64,000 nucleotides of DNA from positions 2,329 through 66,328 of the forward strand of contig CAYZNK010000003.1 in NCBI GenBank assembly GCA_964479955.1, written 5' to 3'. This DNA comes from an uncultured Candidatus Saccharibacteria bacterium. GTDB lineage: Bacteria; Patescibacteriota; Minisyncoccia; Minisyncoccales; Staskawiczbacteraceae. How positions within the stretch are numbered: position 1 is the first letter of the stretch; every line of letters begins with the position of its first letter. Positions 9,330 through 17,717 of this stretch are shown piece after piece. The notes under the pieces were generated by a model that was given only the letters and a program-made list of their open reading frames with translations, ran no database searches and was not told the DNA's origin. A program made the position numbers and the translations under genes.

Positions 9330-11780
9330 ATGGAAACTGCACCATATTCAATTTATATAAACCACAGACCATTTAGAATCGTTTTTTTCTTGAGTCCAAC
9401 TACAGATATTGCTTGGATAGATGCAGTTATTAAGTTCAATCGAGAAAAATGGGGAGGAAGATTTAATCCAATCATTCTTACCGATGGAACGACAATCGCG
9501 GATGATTGGTGGAAATTTCTTCGAGGATACGATCCGGATATTATTTGTTCAACAGTTCCTCTTTCTGATGAATTACGAAAAAAGATACATGTTTTTCTTT
9601 CTCCACTTCGTGTTGAAGAATTAGTTCAAGATCAGGTGTATATAAGAGTTGATGATTATCCGCTCACGATATTACCAACTGGTAGAAATGTATCTAAAAT
9701 TGGCATTCCTAATTTCGACGAGAAGAATAACCTAATTGTCTTTGAAGTTGATGCAAGCACACCGGAGATTATAAAAAGTTTCTTAGATCGAAACTTTGGC
9801 TTGCTCGAACAGGGGCAGATGATGACATATCATCTCAAAAAAGCATTAGAGACGTGCCAAATCAAGAAATACAAGGTAACCGATGAAGAAACACTCAACG
9901 AAGCATTGCTAGATTTGGGTGAATGGCGTACTCGGGCAGTATTCCCATCTCAAATTTGCGCCCTCCCAAACTCAATTAAAGAAGCGCACCATGCCTACAA
10001 TAATGAGGGTTTCGAGCTTGTTATAGGAGACAGCGCGGATGAAATAATTCGTTCTTGGAATCGCACGCTAGAAATGGGATCATGGTTACGCACTTCAATA
10101 ACTAATTTATGGCTTCCAACCGTACTTGCCAACAGCGCATCACTCAAACCTGGACTTGGTAAATTCCTTAATCGTTATACTGGGAGTGCCGCAAATGACC
10201 ACAATCGTCGAGTTAACTTTACCTCATTTACTCTTAGCGAGACTGATCTACAAACAATCGCGAATTCTTTTCAAACAACAATTTGGCACCCGAGACGTAT
10301 AACAAAATTCACAGCACATCCAATGCCAGACTATGAATCTCAAGGATCATATTTTTTCCTTAGACAGGGATTAGATTTTCATAGAGCCCATTCGAACGAA
10401 GAATATCTTGTTCTTGATGAGCCAGATATAGAGCAGGGATTTATGGGCGGAGAGAATTGGTTCACTGATTTATATATTCAATATCGGCCAGAACGTTTCA
10501 AAAACATCATAGGAAAAGACTATTGGTGGCAACTCCCTAAGCGAAACGGTCTATTGCGAGATTTACAGTTTTTTAACAAGCCAGCACGAATTAACGAGCA
10601 CGGCATGTTTAGCGTAATGATGAGGCGCAGAACAAGCATCATTGTCGGTCACGATGACGGAACTTTAGTAGTCAAAATACCTGAAGACAACTCTGTATTT
10701 CATGCATTAATTTGTGGCGAGGGTTTTGATTGTATTGAACGCGGAGATAGAGAAAGGTTTTTATCTCGTCCTTTTTATCATCTGCAACGTTCAGATAAAG
10801 GTATGTATTTATCTGGCGTTCTTGGACTTTTTCCAGATCTTCTAAATGCACATCGACTTTTTGAGGAAAGATACTGGCGTAATCTCTTTGAGCGAATGGC
10901 AAATCATAATCCAGAAAAGGATGACCGAACACAACAAGAACTTTTAAACAAACTCAGTAAAAAGATAGATTCGGGGTTGGATTTTAAGAATGATCGTGCT
11001 AAAGAATGGCTAGCTCATAATGTTTTTAACATTGCAAAAAAGTATAGCAAGGAAGAAATTGATCTCGACTACGAAACTATGATCGACCTTGCCAAAGAAG
11101 AAACTAACCAATATAACAAGAAACCTTCGGGACAAACTATTGAGTTTAATGAAGACTATTTCAGGAATGAGCTGTCAGATCTTGTCGAAATGAATATCCT
11201 ACAACTAGGAATTAAGCCACGATGTCCTAAATGCGGATATCGAATTTGGTATAGAATTGATGATGCAAAACAAGAAATAACTTGTCGTGGTTGCGGATAT
11301 AAATTTTCCGTTCCTGCTGAATCAAAATGGTTTTATCGACTGAATAATCTTATACGAGCAGCTGTTTCATTGCACGGAACGGTACCGCTTCTTATTACGC
11401 TCGGGCAGTTAATGGGAGATTCTCGATCTTCTGCGATGTTTATGCCAAGCCTGGAGCTCTTAAAAAAAGAAGAAGGCGGACAAGGAAAAATGACAATTTA
11501 TGGTGAACTTGATCTGGTTTGTATTAAGGACGGTAAGTTTATTATTGGAGAGATAAAACAATCAACTGGATTATTTGGGCCTGATGATTTTAAACGAATG
11601 AAAGATGTTGCTAGGATGGTCCGCCCTGATGAAATCATTTTTTCATCTTTAGATAAAAAACCGAATGCTTTTGTAACGGAGAATATTGAAAAACTCAAAA
11701 CCGAGTTAGCTGATTTAGAGATAAACGTTGAATGGTACCCGATTCATTATTGGGTATTTGAACCCCATCCTGTCAGATAA
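9330..11780 (+). CDS. 816-aa protein of unknown function with C-terminal zinc ribbon and PD-(D/E)xK-like motif (orf816)
   Basis: Long uninterrupted ORF starting 4 nt after the peptidase gene. CPKC-x16-CRGC at nt 11222-11300; GELDLVCIKDGKFIIGEIKQ at nt 11503-11565. No NTPase motifs seen. Confidence 0.7.
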   Translation: METAPYSIYINHRPFRIVFFLSPTTDIAWIDAVIKFNREKWGGRFNPIILTDGTTIADDWWKFLRGYDPDIICSTVPLSDELRKKIHVFLSPLRVEELVQDQVYIRVDDYPLTILPTGRNVSKIGIPNFDEKNNLIVFEVDASTPEIIKSFLDRNFGLLEQGQMMTYHLKKALETCQIKKYKVTDEETLNEALLDLGEWRTRAVFPSQICALPNSIKEAHHAYNNEGFELVIGDSADEIIRSWNRTLEMGSWLRTSITNLWLPTVLANSASLKPGLGKFLNRYTGSAANDHNRRVNFTSFTLSETDLQTIANSFQTTIWHPRRITKFTAHPMPDYESQGSYFFLRQGLDFHRAHSNEEYLVLDEPDIEQGFMGGENWFTDLYIQYRPERFKNIIGKDYWWQLPKRNGLLRDLQFFNKPARINEHGMFSVMMRRRTSIIVGHDDGTLVVKIPEDNSVFHALICGEGFDCIERGDRERFLSRPFYHLQRSDKGMYLSGVLGLFPDLLNAHRLFEERYWRNLFERMANHNPEKDDRTQQELLNKLSKKIDSGLDFKNDRAKEWLAHNVFNIAKKYSKEEIDLDYETMIDLAKEETNQYNKKPSGQTIEFNEDYFRNELSDLVEMNILQLGIKPRCPKCGYRIWYRIDDAKQEITCRGCGYKFSVPAESKWFYRLNNLIRAAVSLHGTVPLLITLGQLMGDSRSSAMFMPSLELLKKEEGGQGKMTIYGELDLVCIKDGKFIIGEIKQSTGLFGPDDFKRMKDVARMVRPDEIIFSSLDKKPNAFVTENIEKLKTELADLEINVEWYPIHYWVFEPHPVR

Positions 11781-11901
11781 TATTTGTTTTTTCGTGCAAC
11801 TATTCCTTAAACGCATATAAAAAAGGCTGTTGGTAACTCGGACTTCGCAAGCCCCTGTTATTAAGCTAAAGTACAGAGGCCTTTAAATCCTTTGGATTTT
11901 C

Positions 11902-11910
11902 TGGTAAAAT
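11902..11910 (+). promoter_or_regulatory. Possible extended -10 element (TGGTAAAAT)
   Basis: TGn-TAAAAT lies 17 nt downstream of a weak -35-like TTTAAA, just upstream of the structured region. Confidence 0.3.
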
Positions 11911-11916
11911 GTACTT

Positions 11917-12129
11917 AACAATTTAATATTACTGGCCGGAAGGCCAGCGACCTAACCCCTTTGGATTTTCCAAAGGATATGGTCGGGAAACCCAACGAAG
12001 ATACTGAACCCCGCGTTCAGCGACTCTTCGTTGGGTCATATCGGGAAACTGGTATGGGACCGCAAGGTCTAGCTGGCGCGGGGTTCTGTGTATCCAAAAC
12101 TCTATCGCCAGCCACAAAGGTTGGTTTTT
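11917..12129 (+). ncRNA. Candidate structured non-coding RNA, class unknown
   Basis: Locally G+C-rich intergenic stretch with nested hairpins, two of them capped by GNRA loops on the + strand only (GGAA at 11938-11941, GCAA at 12062-12065). Also a 10-bp stem 11991-12000/12026-12035 and a terminal T-run at 12125-12129. Confidence 0.4.
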
Positions 12130-12156
12130 ATTTATTAATTAACATTAAACAAAAAT

Positions 12157-12924
12157 ATGAACAGTCTATTTTTAGTTCTCTTATTACTCTCTTTCGTCGG
12201 TATCATTGTCGGATTAATAAAACCGTCAGTGGTAAAAATGAAATCACGTAAACAATCACTGTTAGTATTCGGTGGCTCAACAGTTTTATTCTTTTTATTA
12301 TTCGGAGTAACAGCCGACCCAGCTCCAGTCACAACTCCAACTCCAGTAGCTCAAGTCGAGCAAGCTGAAAATCAAAAGGTGCCAGAAATTGAAAAGCCAA
12401 TAACGCAGGAAGTAGAACAGCCAAAGCCAGAACCAGTTGCACAATCAAAAACTCTTGAGGAAAAAGTAAGCGATGCCATAAACACCTCTCTCGGTTCAAA
12501 AACAAATACCGACAAACAAAGAGTTGTTGGCGTTGAAATTACCAAGTATGACGCCAGTATGATTTCTGCGTATAAATACAAAAGTGGAGACTCGGTCGTT
12601 TATCTATTGATAAAAATAAATGCCGATGAAAATTTAACAACCAATCTCCAAAAGAACACGATGCACGACGAGGCTGTTAAAATAGCTAAGGCAGTTTTCC
12701 CGGTAGACCAAACAATTGGAGATATAATTATCTACTCACAACTTCCGCTTAAGGATCAATATGGCAATACCGAGGATGGCACAGCTATTACATACTCAAT
12801 GTCGCGATCTTTATTCGATAAAATAAACTGGAGTAATTTTAGTTATCGTGATCTACCGACACTCCTAAAATCAGAGCATAAAATTGACGACAGGAATAAT
12901 TACTCGGAAAGTATCAAGTTTTAA
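12157..12924 (+). CDS. Membrane-anchored hypothetical protein
   Basis: Two N-terminal hydrophobic segments, a Pro/Glu/Gln-rich linker, then a ~150-aa globular C-terminal domain. No family recognised. Confidence 0.55.
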   Translation: MNSLFLVLLLLSFVGIIVGLIKPSVVKMKSRKQSLLVFGGSTVLFFLLFGVTADPAPVTTPTPVAQVEQAENQKVPEIEKPITQEVEQPKPEPVAQSKTLEEKVSDAINTSLGSKTNTDKQRVVGVEITKYDASMISAYKYKSGDSVVYLLIKINADENLTTNLQKNTMHDEAVKIAKAVFPVDQTIGDIIIYSQLPLKDQYGNTEDGTAITYSMSRSLFDKINWSNFSYRDLPTLLKSEHKIDDRNNYSESIKF

Positions 12925-12933
12925 TATCAACTG

Positions 12934-14382
12934 TTATAAGAAAATGATACGCGGTCTTGGCTTATTCGCAAAGATAATAAACTGGTTGACGACAATAGAA
13001 AAGGCATCAGCGAGGTCATCGTGCTTTTCAACACCAAAACCAATCAGTTGGGTAATGAGTTCGTCGGCTCCTTTTTGGGGCAATTTTATCAAACCCTCCT
13101 TAATAGCCGAGGTTGTTAATGCTAATCGCTCTCTTTTATCGCCATGCGGTGATACTCCCTCAACGTGTAAACCACCGCTTTTAAGTTGCTGAATTAAGGC
13201 CTCTTGATAGGCAACTTTTTCGATAAAAATTTTAGGATAGTGATTTGTTCCCTTTGCAGAGGTTGCGATTGCTTTGATCTTATTTACTTGTTCTGGAAAT
13301 GTAATCCGATTATTAAATGGGAACGGTTCTACATAAGCCCATGTTTTATCTTCTTTTCTACAAATTTTTAAAGTTACGATCGACGTGCAATCAGCACCAC
13401 TTTTTTCCGAGATGGCCAGATCAACTCCTATGTAATCAATAAGATGATCGTCTTTCCATGGTCTTTCCTCTGGATCATAGTACTGAATCCATTCGGGGTG
13501 CACGACGCGATCGGTGTCAGAAACAATTCGTAACAAATATTCCCTTTGCCAAGCGGCATCGTTGCCTGATTTTAATTTCTCAGCTTCAACCGCCTCCTGA
13601 TTAGGATATTTTCCTGGCCAAGCAACATTATTATTTTTATCAAAAAGCGGATAGGCTTTAAATATTCCGTCAATTCGTTTTTCTTCTACGTCTGATTTCA
13701 AACGCATAATAAGAGAATCTTCGTGAAGCAGGTTGCCAACTATAACTAATCTGGTACTTCTATCTCCAGCAGGGATAACTTCGCCAGTTAGCCACTGATA
13801 AGTTTTTTGCCGACTCTCGCGAGTCTTTACTGACGCTAAGTCTTCCACATCATCACAAATAATAATATCTGGGCGATATTGGTGATGTCGTATTCCTCGA
13901 ATGCTTTGCTCGCTGGAAGCGGCTGTGATTCTGGCGTTGAGATTTGAAAATACTAACGAAGATGAACCCCATTCGTCACTTTCTTCTTGGAACGGTCCTA
14001 GATCATTTTGGAGTAATTGGTTCCCCTCAAGCTCTCGTTTCAAATTCATCATGTGCTGTTTGGCTTGGGTTCTAGTTTGGCAAAGAATAAGCACAAATTT
14101 CTTTTCCTGTTCGCCAAGAATCGCCCATATCGGATAAGACATGGTTAAAATTGTTGACTTGGCTGAACCACGAAAAGCTACGACGAATAAATTTTTTACG
14201 TCGGTTCTTTCGGAAAGATGGAAAATCTCTTTTTGAAAAGGCGCCGTTTCGTACTTTACATAATGGGCGAAATAAAAGTGAAAAAAGAATAGATGAGATT
14301 GCCTGGTAATGGCAGTACGAATGCTACGATCCTTGAACATCTGTTCCGCCAAGGTCGGAGGCAATATCTTGTTCGTGGTCAT
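12934..14382 (-). CDS. terL: Phage terminase large subunit
   Basis: Walker A-like AFRGSAKST, Walker B IIICDDVED, and a C-terminal RNaseH-like nuclease region (IGVDLA..). The track start at 14412 is GTG; ATGs at 14382 and 14340 are alternatives. Confidence 0.85.
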   Translation of the reverse strand: MTTNKILPPTLAEQMFKDRSIRTAITRQSHLFFFHFYFAHYVKYETAPFQKEIFHLSERTDVKNLFVVAFRGSAKSTILTMSYPIWAILGEQEKKFVLILCQTRTQAKQHMMNLKRELEGNQLLQNDLGPFQEESDEWGSSSLVFSNLNARITAASSEQSIRGIRHHQYRPDIIICDDVEDLASVKTRESRQKTYQWLTGEVIPAGDRSTRLVIVGNLLHEDSLIMRLKSDVEEKRIDGIFKAYPLFDKNNNVAWPGKYPNQEAVEAEKLKSGNDAAWQREYLLRIVSDTDRVVHPEWIQYYDPEERPWKDDHLIDYIGVDLAISEKSGADCTSIVTLKICRKEDKTWAYVEPFPFNNRITFPEQVNKIKAIATSAKGTNHYPKIFIEKVAYQEALIQQLKSGGLHVEGVSPHGDKRERLALTTSAIKEGLIKLPQKGADELITQLIGFGVEKHDDLADAFSIVVNQFIIFANKPRPRIIFL

Positions 14383-14785
14383 AGTTTTTTTCTTGATTAA
14401 CTTCCTCGGCACCCAAGGACGCGAGCCGTAAAGCTTCGGTAACTATCGCTTGCTGTTCTGGCGTTAGCTCATTTTGAGGGGCAGTAATATTTCCGCTAAC
14501 TTCCACTCGATCTCTGAATTTTGGACTGCGTTTTCGGAGCCAGAAAGATATTGCTTGCCAGCTTTTTTCTCGTATCAATGAGATAAGCTGAGACTCGCTC
14601 ATTTCATTGATAAGGGCTTCGCCCTCAGCAAGCGCCTGTTCAAGTTCTTTATTAAATTCTTCATCTTCATCACGCCAGCGGTAAACGGAAGAGCGAGCAA
14701 CACCGACCTTTTCGCAAGCCACTTGAATGATCGGAATTTTACGAATTTGCGCTAAAAATAATTCTTTTGTTCTATCTTTTTTCAT
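14324..14785 (-). CDS. Terminase small subunit-like HTH protein
   Basis: HTH ACEKVGVARSSVYRWRDEDEEF, positioned immediately upstream of terL. The ATG at 14785 forms an ATGA overlap with the upstream gene's stop. Confidence 0.55.
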   Translation of the reverse strand: MKKDRTKELFLAQIRKIPIIQVACEKVGVARSSVYRWRDEDEEFNKELEQALAEGEALINEMSESQLISLIREKSWQAISFWLRKRSPKFRDRVEVSGNITAPQNELTPEQQAIVTEALRLASLGAEEVNQEKNYDHEQDIASDLGGTDVQGS

Positions 14786-16122
14786 AATATTTTCTTTGGC
14801 TTTAGTCCTGTTAGTTTTGACCAACGTTTTAAGATTACTTCGGCATAGATTGGACATTTTTCCATTAAAAAGCATCGACGTCCCATTTTTACGGCCGCGA
14901 TTAAGGTTGAACCGCTTCCACCATAAGGCTCAAAAATTAGATCGTTTCTTTTAGTTAATATTTTGATGTAAGGAATAAGTATCTCTAACGGCTTCGTACC
15001 GAAAATGATTCCTTGCCCTGATGATTTCTCATCGGCCGCAATGTGCTCAATAAAATCCGTTGGACAATATTTTTTACCTTTGCCGTAGCTTTCCCAATGC
15101 GGAGAGCCTGAGGTGGCGAACAATGCTGTCTCGTATTCAGTTTGGAGCAATTCATCTGATTCAGGTTCCGTGTTTAATACAACTTTTCCAGCAGTTCCAA
15201 CTATCGCGAAATCATGTTTATTAAAGAATTTGAACTTCGCGCTAAATCCTTGGACTCTGTTCGGAATATGCCAAATAATTGTGTTGCGATACTTCCAATG
15301 CTTTTCGAGTTCGCTCCAAATGGTTTTAAGATTCTTTGGGTTTTCGTAAACAATTATTGAGAAGTCCGGCTTTTGAATTTTGGTGACGTTATTCATCCAT
15401 AATTCCGTAAAATTATCTGGCAAGGTTTCAGTATCGATATACACACGGTCACGTTTTAATCCAAAGCCTTTTGTCACATCTCCATTTTTCTTTTTCTTGC
15501 CTTTTAAGTAATCAAGTAAATATGGTGGATCTGTAAAAACCATATCTGCTTTATGCTCGCCCATAAGTTTTAAAACGTCTGCTTCAATAGTAGAATTTCC
15601 GACCATTAACCTACTACCGTTCAGGTCATATACATCTCCTGTCTTTGCATTAATTTTTTTAATATCCAACTTTTCCAATTCTTTATTCATATCAAATATT
15701 CCAGGTGTTTCGTCGATTTTGAAAATTTCATCTAAGTCTTCGCTGGAAAAACCGACGTCTTTTAAAAATACTTCGTCAAAATTGGCGAGAAGTTCCCAAT
15801 CAAATGATCCTGTATTTTGGTTCAATCTTAAATTTAAATTTTTCTCCTTTGCTATATCAGGGATATCGATATAAACAACAGGGACTTCTTTTATTCCGAG
15901 TTCTTTAATAGCGGCCAACCGAAAGTGGCCACCAATAACAATGCCTTTGCGATTGGGAGCACAATTTACCAGTAATGGATCGACCAAGCCATACCGCTTA
16001 ATGCTTTCTTTGAGATTGACCATTTGCTCCTTAGTCCAAGTCCGAGGATTATATGGTGCTGGTTTTAATTCCGACACCGCAACATAAACGATATTTAATT
16101 TTTCTGTTTGTGTTTTATTCAT
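14782..16122 (-). CDS. ParB-like nuclease domain fused to a DNA N6/N4 methyltransferase
   Basis: N-terminal ParB/Srx motif (VAVSELKPAPYNPR...GGHFRLAAIKELG). Methylase motifs FTDPPY and FEPYGGSGST. Confidence 0.85.
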   Translation of the reverse strand: MNKTQTEKLNIVYVAVSELKPAPYNPRTWTKEQMVNLKESIKRYGLVDPLLVNCAPNRKGIVIGGHFRLAAIKELGIKEVPVVYIDIPDIAKEKNLNLRLNQNTGSFDWELLANFDEVFLKDVGFSSEDLDEIFKIDETPGIFDMNKELEKLDIKKINAKTGDVYDLNGSRLMVGNSTIEADVLKLMGEHKADMVFTDPPYLLDYLKGKKKKNGDVTKGFGLKRDRVYIDTETLPDNFTELWMNNVTKIQKPDFSIIVYENPKNLKTIWSELEKHWKYRNTIIWHIPNRVQGFSAKFKFFNKHDFAIVGTAGKVVLNTEPESDELLQTEYETALFATSGSPHWESYGKGKKYCPTDFIEHIAADEKSSGQGIIFGTKPLEILIPYIKILTKRNDLIFEPYGGSGSTLIAAVKMGRRCFLMEKCPIYAEVILKRWSKLTGLKPKKIL

Positions 16123-16175
16123 ATGCTTTATTTATATCAGTCAGTACCCGTCCTTCGTCCATAAAGCTGAGCATA

Positions 16176-16202
16176 CAAAAAAGAGGCTATTTTGAAGCCT
16201 CT
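16176..16202 (-). terminator. Rho-independent terminator
   Basis: On the minus strand, a 7-bp agaggct/agcctct stem followed by a T-run, downstream of the 201-aa ORF. Confidence 0.65.
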
Positions 16203-16237
16203 TGATATGAGTTATTAACTTGAGATACGACAGACTA

Positions 16238-16843
16238 TCAATTCTGCGTAATCGGATAAAGCGGATTTATCATATATCCACTATGAGATTTTGAAAGTAT
16301 GAGATTGTTATTTGTACCAGCAGGTAAATTCAAGGCAGTGCGTGCCTTACGATTTATTGAGCCGATTGCATCCCTAAATGATTCCGCACTTTTTGAGGAA
16401 ACATCATCCATTATTTCTTTTGTTTGGCGATAACTAGGATAATCAATTATTGCTCGAAGTATTTTAAGCCTCAATCCCTCACCACGCATCGGATAGCAGT
16501 ATTGTTCCTTTGGTTCTCTGTATAAATCACCCTCGTGCGTAAGAGTAAGTGAAATGCGATTACTCTGTGATAGTTTTGCGGTTTGAAGATATCTCTCGAT
16601 GGTTTTATCTATTGTCATGCTTGTTTGTTCGGCTATACCCATCGGACGCTCTTTGCCCATAAACATTTTTAAAACCTCAAAAGTCTCTTGATTGATTTTT
16701 TCTTTCTTAAGCAATGTCAGCAAATCTTTTTCAAATTTAACAAAAACACCCTGCTTTTTAAAGCCTTCAAATAATTCTTTTTGAAGTTTTTTTATTTGGC
16801 TATAAAGTATGGTTGCTTGTGCATTTGGTCCTAGTTTTTTCAT
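16238..16843 (-). CDS. Hypothetical protein (possible winged-helix C-terminus)
   Basis: 201-aa ORF with an ATG start, divergent from the HTH/HEPN operon. No family recognised. Confidence 0.5.
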   Translation of the reverse strand: MKKLGPNAQATILYSQIKKLQKELFEGFKKQGVFVKFEKDLLTLLKKEKINQETFEVLKMFMGKERPMGIAEQTSMTIDKTIERYLQTAKLSQSNRISLTLTHEGDLYREPKEQYCYPMRGEGLRLKILRAIIDYPSYRQTKEIMDDVSSKSAESFRDAIGSINRKARTALNLPAGTNNNLILSKSHSGYMINPLYPITQN

Positions 16844-16898
16844 AGAGATAATTTACAAAGTGAGTATTGCCATGTAAACTTATAGTAAGTCATATTTT

Positions 16899-17099
16899 AT
16901 GAAAAATCAACTGACGAAATTGAAACAATTGCCAGATATTTTAACACTCCAGCAAGCTTGTGAAGTTTTAAATTGCCACCCCAATACGCTTCGTGGCTGG
17001 GATAATAGAGATGTATTGAAAGCCATTCGTTTTGGCTCAAGAAAAGATAGGAGGTATAAGAAAACCGATATTTTGAAATTTATCGGCGAAAAACAATAA
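16899..17099 (+). CDS. Excisionase/MerR-family HTH DNA-binding protein
   Basis: 66 aa. LTLQQACEVLNCHPNTLRGWDNRDVLKAIRFGSRKDRRYKKTDI is paralogous to the N-terminal extension of HsdM. Confidence 0.75.
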   Translation: MKNQLTKLKQLPDILTLQQACEVLNCHPNTLRGWDNRDVLKAIRFGSRKDRRYKKTDILKFIGEKQ

Positions 17100-17100
17100 T

Positions 17101-17712
17101 ATGGATTATTCAATAGATTTACACGAGACTATAAAAGTTTCTGAGTATATAAAAGCCGAGTCTGAAATTGACGCGGTGATTTATCGACAGGAATTTGAAC
17201 ATCACCGAGCGGAATACTTAAAATCGAAGGCTGAATCAGAGTTAATTTTTACATTTATTTTTCTGCAAATATATACGGAGTGTTTCTTACACCAAAACAT
17301 GAGAAGGGTTGTTATGCTGGAATTCAAACCGCCACGCGACTCAACTTATACAACATGGCTTGCTAGTGAAAAAAGGTATGTTCCAGAAAAAATGGATAAT
17401 TTTATAATTCTATTCTTTTCTCCAGCCCCAGCCCCAATCCAGCAAATGGCGGATATTATTAAAGACCGTTTGGGAAAAATAAGCTCTATTCGTAATCAAT
17501 TTGCTCACGGGCACAAAGCCTCAGCATGGTCTGACTCAGAAGGCAATTCGGGGTCTACTCCTGCTAAATTGCTTCTTACGGAAACACAATTAACGCAGTC
17601 GGTAACTGAAATCAACGAATTGGGAAATGCATGGAACGATTTACTTGATTCAATTATGCCTCAGTGTAAAGCGTTAAAAAGAATAGATGATTTTAAGTTT
17701 CGCAGTATTTAA
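17101..17712 (+). CDS. HEPN-like protein (Rx4H motif)
   Basis: 203 aa. SIRNQFAHGH matches the HEPN RNxxxH(G) catalytic signature. Starts 1 nt after the HTH gene's stop. Confidence 0.55.
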   Translation: MDYSIDLHETIKVSEYIKAESEIDAVIYRQEFEHHRAEYLKSKAESELIFTFIFLQIYTECFLHQNMRRVVMLEFKPPRDSTYTTWLASEKRYVPEKMDNFIILFFSPAPAPIQQMADIIKDRLGKISSIRNQFAHGHKASAWSDSEGNSGSTPAKLLLTETQLTQSVTEINELGNAWNDLLDSIMPQCKALKRIDDFKFRSI

Positions 17713-17717
17713 ACTAT

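Noticed and set aside
11932-11947. CUGGCC-GGAA-GGCCAG hairpin as the SRP (4.5S) RNA helix 8 tetraloop
   Set aside because: SRP helix 8 has short stems interrupted by the conserved symmetric and asymmetric loops (AGCA etc.) next to the GGAA loop. Here the stem is a perfect 6-bp helix with none of those loops. No tmRNA, RNase P or 6S hallmarks were found either.
11929-12251. Track ORFs 11929-12117 (-) and 11961-12251 (+) in the gap after orf816
   Set aside because: They overlap each other on opposite strands inside a densely base-paired region. They have no SD or plausible start context and no recognisable protein features, so the region is better explained as structured RNA.
16844-16898. TTTACA-N15-TGTAAA inverted repeat in the divergent promoter region between the 201-aa ORF and the HTH gene, as an operator
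   Set aside because: The half-sites are only 6 bp in very AT-rich sequence, which is within chance expectation. It is mentioned only as something to test if the HTH protein is studied.
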